Assembly: GCA_024276455.1 (NCBI GenBank)
Contig: JAJRXE010000322.1
Span: 1 to 37,661 of the forward strand
Origin: Calditrichota bacterium
Lineage (GTDB): Bacteria; Calditrichota; Calditrichia; RBG-13-44-9
Length of the DNA: 37,661 bases
Direction: 5' to 3'
Under the pieces are notes generated by a model. The model saw only the letters and a list, made by a program, of their open reading frames with translations, made no database searches and was not told the origin of the DNA. This document shows, in pieces, positions 8,004 through 16,468 of the stretch (positions are counted from its first letter, which is position 1; each line of letters opens with the position of its first letter). The position numbers and the translations under genes were made by a program.

Positions 8004-9410
8004 TCAACAAACGCCGGCGTCGCCGGTAACAGGCTCATTGCTAATTCCCAGCAGCGTTTCCAGACGGGGCGGTTTGTGCCGATTTACCCAGCTCTGGTAG
8101 TCCCCCTCGTAGCCAACCCGCGCCTGCAGTTCGCTTACCTTCCGCTCGATCCGGGAAAGAATTTCGGGAGTAAGCGCCCGCCGGGTATTCAGAAAAAGGG
8201 AAATTTGCTCCAGATGTTGGTCCACCTTTTTTTCCTGCTGTCGAAGCCACTCCTGGTAATCCTCTTCCCGGCTTTCCAGGAAATCTTCCGCAATTTTCCG
8301 CACCGTTTTACGGCTGTGAAGCAGGGAATCGCGAATATTCCCCCGGCCGGTAACGGCGTTACCCAAGGCAAAAACGTTCTCGTAACCGGCAATTTGCCCC
8401 ATTTCCGGATTGGCAAACCGATACAACTCCCCTTCCAGCGGTACCCCGGGAAGGGGTTCCGGAATGCTTCCGATGGAAGAGACTACCAGCGGCGTTTTCA
8501 CGGTCTCCCGCCTGCCGGAAGGATGCTGCACTTTCCCCTCCACCCCGGCAGATTCCTGAAACACCATTCCGACCAGCCGGTCATTCTCGGCGAGAAAATC
8601 GACCGGCACCCGGTTTTCCTGCACCGCGAAACAATATTTCCTCTGAAAATTCTCAAAAATGCGCCGCCGCAAAGCGGCAATTTTGCGGAGATTCTCCAGG
8701 GTGGCTTTCGCCGGCGGCGGAGTGAGGGGCATGTCTTCCACCCGGCGACGATAGTACAGGGTACATCCCTTCACGCCCAGATCGCGCAGGGTGAAACCGA
8801 GTTCCTCCAACACCGCTGGAATGCCCCGTTGCTCCAGCGTGAACAGATTCAGTTCCCGGTGCCCGCGCCGCTGCAGAGCCGCCAGAACCGTTTCCAGCAT
8901 CAAAATTTTCACAACGTCCAGCGATGCCAGTCCGCCACCGATTACGACGGCGCCGTCCCGGGCTTCGCAGTGGGGCATCCAGCCGCCCGGCTCGTGATTG
9001 TGATTAAACCAGGCCACAAACTCGTTCTGGTAACACAGGCCTTTTCCCCGGAATTTCTCAATGCCCGGAACGGGCAACGGACGATCGCGCCAGGCACCCA
9101 CTGCCAGAAGCACCGCACTAAATCCCCAATCCTCCACTAATTCCGTAAGCTGAATCTCTCGCCCCAACTTCACTCCGGGAACAAAATCCACGCCCGCCTG
9201 CTGAAGCTTGCGATCGATTTTCTCTTCCTCCCGATCGCGCAGCTTGTAATGCCATTTCGGCAAACCTTCCTCCAGTTTGCCGTAAGGCAGAAGGTCCGGG
9301 TCGAACAACACCACTCGAATGCCTCGTTGAAAGAGCTGAAAGGCCGCCTCGGCCCCGGCTACTCCGCCCCCAACAACCGCCACCATCCGGCTGGGTCGAT
9401 TCTCTATCAT
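8004..9410 (-). CDS. FAD/NAD(P)-dependent oxidoreductase, adrenodoxin-reductase/FprA-like (putative ferredoxin-NADP+ reductase)
   Basis: N-terminal dinucleotide fold VAVVGGGVAGAEAA, a second Rossmann motif AVVIGGGLASLDVVKIL, and LPYGKLEEGLPKWHYKLR comparable to the FprA LPTPWGLVRSGVAPDHPKIK segment. Start set to ATG 9410 (AAAGGAG 8 nt upstream). Confidence 0.8.
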   Translation of the reverse strand: MIENRPSRMVAVVGGGVAGAEAAFQLFQRGIRVVLFDPDLLPYGKLEEGLPKWHYKLRDREEEKIDRKLQQAGVDFVPGVKLGREIQLTELVEDWGFSAVLLAVGAWRDRPLPVPGIEKFRGKGLCYQNEFVAWFNHNHEPGGWMPHCEARDGAVVIGGGLASLDVVKILMLETVLAALQRRGHRELNLFTLEQRGIPAVLEELGFTLRDLGVKGCTLYYRRRVEDMPLTPPPAKATLENLRKIAALRRRIFENFQRKYCFAVQENRVPVDFLAENDRLVGMVFQESAGVEGKVQHPSGRRETVKTPLVVSSIGSIPEPLPGVPLEGELYRFANPEMGQIAGYENVFALGNAVTGRGNIRDSLLHSRKTVRKIAEDFLESREEDYQEWLRQQEKKVDQHLEQISLFLNTRRALTPEILSRIERKVSELQARVGYEGDYQSWVNRHKPPRLETLLGISNEPVTGDAGVC

Positions 9411-9683
9411 AAAAAACACTCCTTTCGTTTTTTAAACCACCCTTAATGCTGGGGAAACAAATTAAGGAGAAAACGACCGGATCACCACCGGAAATTCGGA
9501 ACCCCGGTGCTTCCCGGAAAGTTGACAGGTGCACCCCCAATAGGAAATCTGTCCGAGTTCCTCTCCAGTTTCAATGTGAAGGAATAAACTTAATTTTTCA
9601 CTACTCACCGGGAAAATCTTTTCCTTAATTTATTTACTTGAGTTTCGATAATAAACCGGTTTGGAAACAGAAAGGAAAATACC

Positions 9684-10739
9684 ATGGGAATTCAGGCCGA
9701 GAGTCTGGAAAAAACTTACCAGCTCATGAAAGAACAGCTGAGCCATCTGGTGCCGGAGGCGGAATTGCGCTACAAAGCCGAGCTGGTTTACGAAATAAAT
9801 CGCTTAAAGAAAGAGCGCGGGGCGGTAATTCTGGGCCACAATTACATGGAACCGGCCCTTTACCATACCGTTCCGGATTACGTGGGCGATTCTCTGGAAT
9901 TAAGCCGTATTGCTGCCCGCACGGAAGGTGACCCGATTATCTTTTGCGGGGTACGTTTCATGGCCGAAACAGCCAAGATTCTGGCGCCGGAAAAAACCGT
10001 TTTGCTGCCCGCTTCCAAAGCGGGATGCTCCCTGGCAGACAGCATCACGGCGGAAGAGGTGCGCCGTCTGAAAGCCGCCTTCCCGGGCGTCCCGGTGGTG
10101 GCTTACGTCAACACCTACGCGGATTTGAAAGCCGAAATCGATTATTGTTGCACCTCCAGCAATGCCGCCCGGGTGGTGCAGGCCATCGACTCCGACACCA
10201 TTATTTTTCTTCCCGATGAGTATCTGGCCAAAAATGTCGCCCGCGAAACCGGCAAACGGATTATCTTTCCGGCGCAAAACGGAGAAATTCAACAGGTTGA
10301 TCCGGGGGAATTAAGAAATACCCTGATTGGCTGGCACGGCAAATGCGAAGTGCACGAAAAATTCACGGTGGACGACATTCAGCGGGTACGGGAACAGTTC
10401 CCGGACGCCATTGTACTGGCCCACCCGGAATGCAGTCCGGAAGTGGTGGAAGCCTCCGATTTTTCCGGAAGTACTTCTGCCATGATCAAATATGTGAAGG
10501 AATCGCAGGCGCCGCGCTATTTACTGCTGACCGAATGTAGCATGGCAGACAATATCTGGGCGGAGAATCGCGACAAAGAAATGATTCGTATGTGCAGCGT
10601 GCGCTGTCCCCACATGAACGAAATTACCCTGGAGGAAGTGCTCGACTCTCTGCGGAAAAATCAATACCGGATTGAGTTGCCAGAAGAAATTATTCGGCAG
10701 GCGCGCCGCTCGGTGGACCGAATGCTGGAAATTGCCTGA
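9684..10739 (+). CDS. nadA: Quinolinate synthase NadA
   Basis: Typical NadA blocks: AVILGHNYM, FCGVRFMAETAKIL, LLPASKAGCSLAD, VAYVNTYADLKA, WHGKCEVHEKF, LAHPEC, LLTECSM. Confidence 0.95.
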   Translation: MGIQAESLEKTYQLMKEQLSHLVPEAELRYKAELVYEINRLKKERGAVILGHNYMEPALYHTVPDYVGDSLELSRIAARTEGDPIIFCGVRFMAETAKILAPEKTVLLPASKAGCSLADSITAEEVRRLKAAFPGVPVVAYVNTYADLKAEIDYCCTSSNAARVVQAIDSDTIIFLPDEYLAKNVARETGKRIIFPAQNGEIQQVDPGELRNTLIGWHGKCEVHEKFTVDDIQRVREQFPDAIVLAHPECSPEVVEASDFSGSTSAMIKYVKESQAPRYLLLTECSMADNIWAENRDKEMIRMCSVRCPHMNEITLEEVLDSLRKNQYRIELPEEIIRQARRSVDRMLEIA

Positions 10740-10867
10740 CCCCGTCCCGCAATTCCTTTAAACGGAGCTTCCTCCCGGCGAGACCGCTCCGCTCGTTTCC
10801 CGGTTTTCACCGGATTGCTTTCCAGAAACCGGTAGCCTTCTCACTTGCGCTCAGACGGCGTACAGAG

Positions 10868-13297
10868 CTAATCGCTTTCCAGTTCAATCAGTTCTCCACC
10901 CAGCAGTTCGGCATGGGTGGGATGACAGGTAAAAATGATGACCTGTTTCTCGGCGGCAAACTCCCGTAGCACCCGGGCGGCGGCTTGCTGACGTGCCGGA
11001 TCGAGGTCCACCAGCGGATCGTCCAAAATGAATGGCCCGTCGCTATTTCGCAGGAAGTATTTCCCGATGGTCAGGCGCAGGGCCAGACCCAGAACGTCCC
11101 GGGTGCCGTGAGACAAAATCCGGTAGGGCAGTTCTTTGCCATCCGGACGAACAAATGCCCGCGGCAATTTTTCCTGCAGGCTCACCCGCCGGTAACGTCC
11201 CTCTGTGAGCTGTTCGACCAACCCCGAAAGCTCCCGTTCTAATTCCCGGAAGGTGTCGCGGTCCAGGTGGCGGAGAATCTCCCGGGTGTGTTCCCGAACG
11301 CGGGCCAGGGCTTCCCCCTGGCGCAACACCTGCTGAAACGCCGCGTCGGCTTCCCGGTACTCCCTCTCCAGCTCTTCGGCACTGTTGCCGGAAATCTCCG
11401 TTTCCAGCTCAAACAAGCTCCTCTCTAATTGGCGAATCTCTTCTTCCAGCGTTTCCCGCTCTTCTTCCTGCCGCCGAAACGTTTCCACAAACGTTTCCGG
11501 AGCGGCAATCTCTTCTGGCAAGGGCGGAAGTTTCGCCCGTTCTTCCTCCAATTGCCGACGCCGGCGGGTAAGCTCCCCAACCTGAATCAACAATTCGTCC
11601 AGACTTCCGTACGCTTCCCGGTACTGGGCGACCCGGGCCCGCCAGTCTTCCAGCTCCCGACTGGCTTGCTCTAACCGCATCCGGGTCTCCGCCAACTCTT
11701 CCGCCACCACGGCCGGCGGACGCGCTTCTTCCTGCGCCTTCATCTGCTCTACCGCTTGCTGTAACGAGTCCAGGGTCTCTTCCCCCAACAGCTCTTCCAG
11801 TGCCTGCCGGGCGAATTCCTCCCGACGCACTTTCTCCTGAAAATCCTGGTGCAACCTCTCCGCCTCTTCCAGGAGGTGAAATCCCAGTTTCGTTTTCCAG
11901 GCGTCCAAATTCCTCTGCACCTCCCGGTAACGCTTTTCCAGGGCGTCAAAATCCACTTTTCTGGAAGTAACCGTAAGTTGCCAGTCCGGGTGTTCCAGGC
12001 GAATCCGCCCGGACACTTCAAACGTCTGTTCCTTCGGCGGTTTCAAAGGCACCTCCCGCGGAGCCTGCAAATCTTCCTGAACGGTGATTTTCAGGGCTTT
12101 ACGCGGGAGAAATTCCACCCGCAGTTCGCCGGCCTGCAAACGGCTCTCCAATCGTTCCCGTTCGTGGTACCATTGTCGAATCTGGCGCATTTCGTCGTCG
12201 GTTAAGGCTTTTACCTGCCGCAGCGCCTGGCGGGCAGCCTCCAGGTCTTGCTGTTTTTTTCTTGCCTGTTCAAACCGCTCCCACAACTTCTGGAACTGTA
12301 CCCGTTGCTCCGCCCGCACGCGTTCCTGTTGCAGGGTCTCCATTCGAATTTGCAGGTCGCGAAGTTCCTTCTCCCGCTCCTTGATTCGGTGGGCCAGCAC
12401 CGGCCACTGCCGGTTGACGTCCTTCAGTTGCTCCAGACGGATATCCAGATGCCCGATTTCCGCTTCCAGCACCTGCCGCCGCTGCAAACTGGTTACCACC
12501 GGACGATTTTTCTCCAGAAAGGCCTGAATTTCCGAGATGCGTTCTAAACGCTCTTTTAAAATCCGGTTGGTGCGGTCGATTTCCTCTTCCACCCGTCGAA
12601 CCGTTTCCAGTTGTTGACGCCGTTCTTCCCGCCGGTACCAGGCTTCCACCACTTTGCCGGTTCCTTTTAACCAGCGATTCCCCAATCCCCGATTACCTTC
12701 GGGGCGTTTTCGTTCCCGGTCCCAGCGTCCAAAGTACGCCCGGTGTTGCGCTTCCAGCTCTGCCTGGAAGCGATCCACCGACACTCCACCGGTTTCGAAA
12801 AGGGCCTGGCGTAAGATGTCTCCCAGGGAATAAATTGTTTCCGGAAAACGCTCCGCCAGCTCCTGGACGGTTTTTTCCAAGCCGGATTGGTAGGTCATTA
12901 GAGCCGAACGAAAAGTGGCCGCATTGGCCGGCAGCAATTCCTCCAGTCGCCGCTCAATCTCCTCCTCGTCGGTAAGCTGAACGCCGTCCGCAAGAATCAG
13001 ACGACTGGCCGCCTCGCTGCCCCAGGAACGCTCCAGACGATACGCCTGTCCCGCTACCTCAAAATCCAGTTCCACCCGGCAGGTGTCGCCTCCCACGGGA
13101 ATAAAGCGCTCCATCTCCCGGGCAAACTGCGGTTTACGCAGCCGGGTGCGGGTAAAAAAGACTTTTTGAATGGCGTGAAAAATGGTGGATTTGCCGGCCT
13201 CGTTGGGACCCAACACCACATTCAATCCGGGCGAAAAAGCCACCTCCCGCCGGATTATTCCTCCGAACGGCTGCAATTTAACCCGTTTAATCTTCAC
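10868..13297 (-). CDS. SMC/SbcC-like AAA ATPase with long coiled coil (YhaN/SbcE-like)
   Basis: Walker A GPNEAGKST at the N-terminus, ~600 aa of R/E/Q/L-rich coiled coil, then C-terminal signature LSHGTRD, Walker B FILDDP and H-loop FTCH. GTG start overlaps the upstream stop (GTGA). Confidence 0.85.
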   Translation of the reverse strand: MKIKRVKLQPFGGIIRREVAFSPGLNVVLGPNEAGKSTIFHAIQKVFFTRTRLRKPQFAREMERFIPVGGDTCRVELDFEVAGQAYRLERSWGSEAASRLILADGVQLTDEEEIERRLEELLPANAATFRSALMTYQSGLEKTVQELAERFPETIYSLGDILRQALFETGGVSVDRFQAELEAQHRAYFGRWDRERKRPEGNRGLGNRWLKGTGKVVEAWYRREERRQQLETVRRVEEEIDRTNRILKERLERISEIQAFLEKNRPVVTSLQRRQVLEAEIGHLDIRLEQLKDVNRQWPVLAHRIKEREKELRDLQIRMETLQQERVRAEQRVQFQKLWERFEQARKKQQDLEAARQALRQVKALTDDEMRQIRQWYHERERLESRLQAGELRVEFLPRKALKITVQEDLQAPREVPLKPPKEQTFEVSGRIRLEHPDWQLTVTSRKVDFDALEKRYREVQRNLDAWKTKLGFHLLEEAERLHQDFQEKVRREEFARQALEELLGEETLDSLQQAVEQMKAQEEARPPAVVAEELAETRMRLEQASRELEDWRARVAQYREAYGSLDELLIQVGELTRRRRQLEEERAKLPPLPEEIAAPETFVETFRRQEEERETLEEEIRQLERSLFELETEISGNSAEELEREYREADAAFQQVLRQGEALARVREHTREILRHLDRDTFRELERELSGLVEQLTEGRYRRVSLQEKLPRAFVRPDGKELPYRILSHGTRDVLGLALRLTIGKYFLRNSDGPFILDDPLVDLDPARQQAAARVLREFAAEKQVIIFTCHPTHAELLGGELIELESD

Positions 13298-14409
13298 CGC
13301 GCCGCCCTCCGCAGTAAATCGTAAGCAATCTGCAGCGCTTCCGAATCTTCCTCTTCTAAAAGGCGGGAAAGCAGTTGGTGCGGGAAGGAACCGCCGGGGT
13401 AGCTCTCCTCAATTTCCCGTCGGGTGAATTGTTTCCGCAATTCGCTGTAATCAGATTGCCAGAAAAGCGCCTGGGCCTCCAGGGGCGCCAGTTGTTCCGG
13501 CAATTCCCGGTACATTTCCGGGGGAATCAGTCCCTTCAGGCACAAACGAACTAATTGATTTGTAACATCCTCATGGCGCAGGCGGTTCAAAAGCCCTTCC
13601 ACCGCCAATTCGTTCTCCAGCTCCTCCTCCCAGATCCGGAACCGCAATTGTCCGGTGGTTTGCAGCTGGGCATTCACCCCGCCCTCCGGCGTCAGCTCCA
13701 GAATCCAGGCGTGCCCGGGATGCCGACAATCGAAGCCGTCCGGTTCGGGAGTTCCCGGGTAAAAAACCCGCTCTTCCCCATTTTCTGCCGGATAGGGACG
13801 GTGCAGATGCCCCAGCAGCCAGAGATCCAGACCGGACTGCTCCAGCAACCGGCGCGGCAAGGGGTAATACAATCCCTCGGTATCGGGCGCCAGCCCTTCC
13901 AGGGTGCCGTGAGCCACCCCAATGTGCCAGCGCACGGCGGGCTGCTGTTCCCGCCCGCTGAAGCCTTCCAGCGGTGTCTCCCTGGAATGTTTACTAAAAC
14001 AGGGGTGAGCATAAATGGCGGCGGGAATTCCGAAATCGTTCAACAGATAAGAACGCGCCTCGGTGAGAAGCAACAAATTGTCTCCGGCCTTCTCCCCAAA
14101 CACTTTCCACAGTCCGCCGCTGGAAGGGGACAGAAAATCGTGGTTACCAGGCAGTACCGCCACCAGCTTGCCATTGAACTGCCCGAAAATCTCCGCCGCC
14201 CGAGCAATGATTTCCCTGGGAACCGTGGTGCGTTCGAACAAATCGCCCGCCACCACAAACAGATCGCAGGAAGCCTCATTCGCCAGCGCCACGCAACGCT
14301 GCAGCGCCTCGAAACGTGCTTCGCGCAGCCGCCCTGCAACGGCAGGTTGATACCCCGCAAACTGCATTCCCAGATGCACATCCGCGGTCAGAAAAATTTT
14401 AAGCGTCAT
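13294..14409 (-). CDS. SbcD-like metallophosphoesterase / DNA repair exonuclease (YhaO/SbcF-like)
   Basis: All calcineurin-like motifs are intact: TADVHLG, AGDLFER, LPGNHD, GVAHG, LLGHLH. Translationally coupled to the downstream ATPase by a 4-nt overlap. Confidence 0.85.
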   Translation of the reverse strand: MTLKIFLTADVHLGMQFAGYQPAVAGRLREARFEALQRCVALANEASCDLFVVAGDLFERTTVPREIIARAAEIFGQFNGKLVAVLPGNHDFLSPSSGGLWKVFGEKAGDNLLLLTEARSYLLNDFGIPAAIYAHPCFSKHSRETPLEGFSGREQQPAVRWHIGVAHGTLEGLAPDTEGLYYPLPRRLLEQSGLDLWLLGHLHRPYPAENGEERVFYPGTPEPDGFDCRHPGHAWILELTPEGGVNAQLQTTGQLRFRIWEEELENELAVEGLLNRLRHEDVTNQLVRLCLKGLIPPEMYRELPEQLAPLEAQALFWQSDYSELRKQFTRREIEESYPGGSFPHQLLSRLLEEEDSEALQIAYDLLRRAAR

Positions 14410-14621
14410 GAATCGTTACCAGCGTTTTTCTTCCGGGTTCACTGCTAAATTAGGAGAGAAAATTCCATTTGGCAAGCATTTCTATTTCGTTCACCAATCC
14501 CCTTGCAACCCGGCAAGGCGGTTTTGCTGAAATAACCGGCGAAACCACCGGAAGGAAACGCTTTGTCCCCGGGGAGCGGCTCCACGCTGGCCCGGAACGC
14601 GGCACCGTAACCATTTTTTCT

Positions 14622-14662
14622 AAAAAAAAAGCGGTTCACCGCCCCGGCGGGCGGCAAACCGC
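14622..14662 (-). terminator. Rho-independent terminator downstream of the T9SS cargo gene
   Basis: Minus strand: GCGGTTTGCCGCCCGCCGGGGCGGTGAACCGC followed by TTTTTTTTT. Confidence 0.7.
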
Positions 14663-14684
14663 AGAAAAGGGAAACCTCTCGCCC

Positions 14685-16145
14685 TTATTTCAGAACCGTC
14701 ATTTTTCGAATCAAGACGGTTCCGGACGCTTCCAGACGGTAAAAATAAACCCCGGACGTCAGGCCCTCGGCCTGGAAAGGCACTTCGTGGCGACCGGCTG
14801 GTAAAACCGCATTAAGCACGGTGGCCACTTCCCGTCCGTTCACATCGAACACCGTAAGGTGTACCTGCGAGGCGGCCGGTAGCTGAAATACAATGTTGGT
14901 GGTCGGATTAAAGGGATTCGGATAATTGGAAAGGGAAAACGTTTCCGGCACCTGCCGGGAAGGATCCACCGCAATTCCCACTGCCGAGGAGTAGGTAAAA
15001 GTCGTGCGTTCGTCGTTCTCCCAGGCTGTACCGTTCCAGACTTGCGAAACAATCTGACTCAGATTACCTGCTCCGTCGTAAGTGTACAGATCGCGAGTGT
15101 CGTTTGTCCAGGCAGAACCTTGCCAGCTCTGTCCCAGCTCTTCGGTTAATTTTTGCTGCGAATCATACGTGTACACATACCTTTCGCTATTCAACCAGCT
15201 CGTCCCATTCCACATCTGAATTAATTCTTCCAGCAGCTCATTGGCACTCCCGTAAGTGTACAGGATCTGAGAATTGTTGAACCAGTCGCTGCCACCCCAC
15301 ACCTGACCAATCTCGGCCGTATTATTGCCCTGACTGTCGTAGGTGTAAGTCCAGCGGGAAGAGTTCATCCAGTTGGTTCCGTCCCAGATTTGCTCAATGA
15401 CCTCGGTCACCTCACCATTGGTGTCATAGGTGGCTGTGCTTCGATTCGTATTGACCCAGGCGGACGCCACCATATCCCAATTCTGCGTCACCAATTCCAC
15501 CAGATTCCCGTTCGCATCGTAGGTGTAGGAGTCCCGGCTGCTGTTCATCCAGTCAGTGCCGATCCAGTACTGACTCACTTCCTCGGTAACCTTCCCATTT
15601 CCGTTGTAGGAATACACCACCCGAAACACATTTGTCCAAACATTGTTGTCCCATTGCTGGAATAGCAATTCCACCAGATAGCCATTGGCATCGTATGAGT
15701 AAACATTTTTAGAGGAATTAATCCAGGAAGCGGTGACATCGTCCCACTGCTGGTAAACTTCTTCACTGATGTTGCCGTTCGCTAAATACGTGTAAAGAGC
15801 CTTTCCGTCCTTCACCCAGCTGCCATTCTGCCAGGTTTCGAACAGAACTTCGACCAGCACATTATCATTCGCACCCAGCGTCACGGAAAGTACCGTAGCC
15901 CGGGGATGAGACATGCCGGCGGAAATTAGCCAGGAGGGCCATTGCACTTTCTCCGGAAAACGCGTCTGAAGATGCTGATAGTTTAACGGTCCCGGGGAAT
16001 TCGTCTGTAATTGCTGTTTTAATAAAATTGTGGGAGCGGAAGTTGTTCTCTCGCCCTTTACATTCGAAACGGCCCACCGGGGGACCAGGAAATAACTCAA
16101 CAAAAATAAAAATACCAGATAATTCCGTAGCAGATTACGCTTCAT
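14685..16145 (-). CDS. Secreted tandem-repeat protein (YD/RHS-like W..YTYD..GN repeats) with T9SS type-A C-terminal sorting domain
   Basis: Signal peptide, then ten ~29-31 aa repeats. The C-terminus NYPNPFNPTTNIVFQLP...LTVFDVNGREVATV...GVYFYRLEASG is characteristic of Por/T9SS C-terminal domains. Confidence 0.85.
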   Translation of the reverse strand: MKRNLLRNYLVFLFLLSYFLVPRWAVSNVKGERTTSAPTILLKQQLQTNSPGPLNYQHLQTRFPEKVQWPSWLISAGMSHPRATVLSVTLGANDNVLVEVLFETWQNGSWVKDGKALYTYLANGNISEEVYQQWDDVTASWINSSKNVYSYDANGYLVELLFQQWDNNVWTNVFRVVYSYNGNGKVTEEVSQYWIGTDWMNSSRDSYTYDANGNLVELVTQNWDMVASAWVNTNRSTATYDTNGEVTEVIEQIWDGTNWMNSSRWTYTYDSQGNNTAEIGQVWGGSDWFNNSQILYTYGSANELLEELIQMWNGTSWLNSERYVYTYDSQQKLTEELGQSWQGSAWTNDTRDLYTYDGAGNLSQIVSQVWNGTAWENDERTTFTYSSAVGIAVDPSRQVPETFSLSNYPNPFNPTTNIVFQLPAASQVHLTVFDVNGREVATVLNAVLPAGRHEVPFQAEGLTSGVYFYRLEASGTVLIRKMTVLK

Positions 16146-16468
16146 ACTTACTGTCTCCTGTTTTTTAGTTAAAAAAGCGCTTCTCGAAGTGAACCTGAAT
16201 TAATTATTTTGTTGGGGAAGTTTTATTTTAAACAGGACGGATCCTGATTAAAAGCAATCGTTTTCGCAAGAAGAACTTCCGTTCTATCCAACATTAAAAA
16301 TGCACAACGAAGTTCCTAAACTTTTTAACAATCAGGCGTGACAGATGTCAAAATTGCTCTATGAGTATTTTGTCAACAAAAGGTGAGGAAGTCAGATCGC
16401 AGGCAGCGGCAAGTGTGCCCCTATTTTCCTTTTGCTGAAGGGACATTCCGGTCCTTGTTTACAATTGG

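Noticed and set aside
7989-9140. A long 383-aa ORF on the plus strand. Similar long ORFs occur at 1599..2300 (+), 13555..14448 (+), 25738..26568 (+), 33529..34416 (-), 293..853 (+) and 35627..36103 (-).
   Set aside because: All lie antisense to genes with clear family motifs. Their products are low-complexity (P/R/G/H/Q-rich) with no recognisable motifs or RBS. They are typical shadow ORFs of moderately GC-rich coding DNA.
9480-9560. A possible NAD+ (nadA-motif) riboswitch upstream of nadA, suggested by two CCCC-containing segments (GGAACCCCGG and GCACCCCCAA) about 35 nt apart.
   Set aside because: These are only partial matches to the ACANCCCC core as I remember it. I could not fold convincing tandem stems, and the element lies ~140 nt from the RBS rather than overlapping it. 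The motif is known mainly from Acidobacteria. A cmsearch with the Rfam nadA model would settle it.
10868-14409. The SMC-like ATPase plus phosphoesterase pair might be an anti-phage defence system (Lamassu, Wadjet or Septu-like).
   Set aside because: The domain content matches the housekeeping SbcCD/YhaON repair nuclease. There is no additional effector, kleisin-like, TOPRIM or HNH partner, and the flanking genes are housekeeping.
14440-14620. A GC-rich structured leader upstream of the sbcD-like gene contains CCGGAAGGAAACG, reminiscent of the SRP RNA domain IV CCGGAAGGAAGCAGC.
   Set aside because: It lacks the AGCA symmetric-loop partner and a closing helix. The direct repeat CCGGAA..ACGC is not complementary. 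No consistent ncRNA fold was found by eye.
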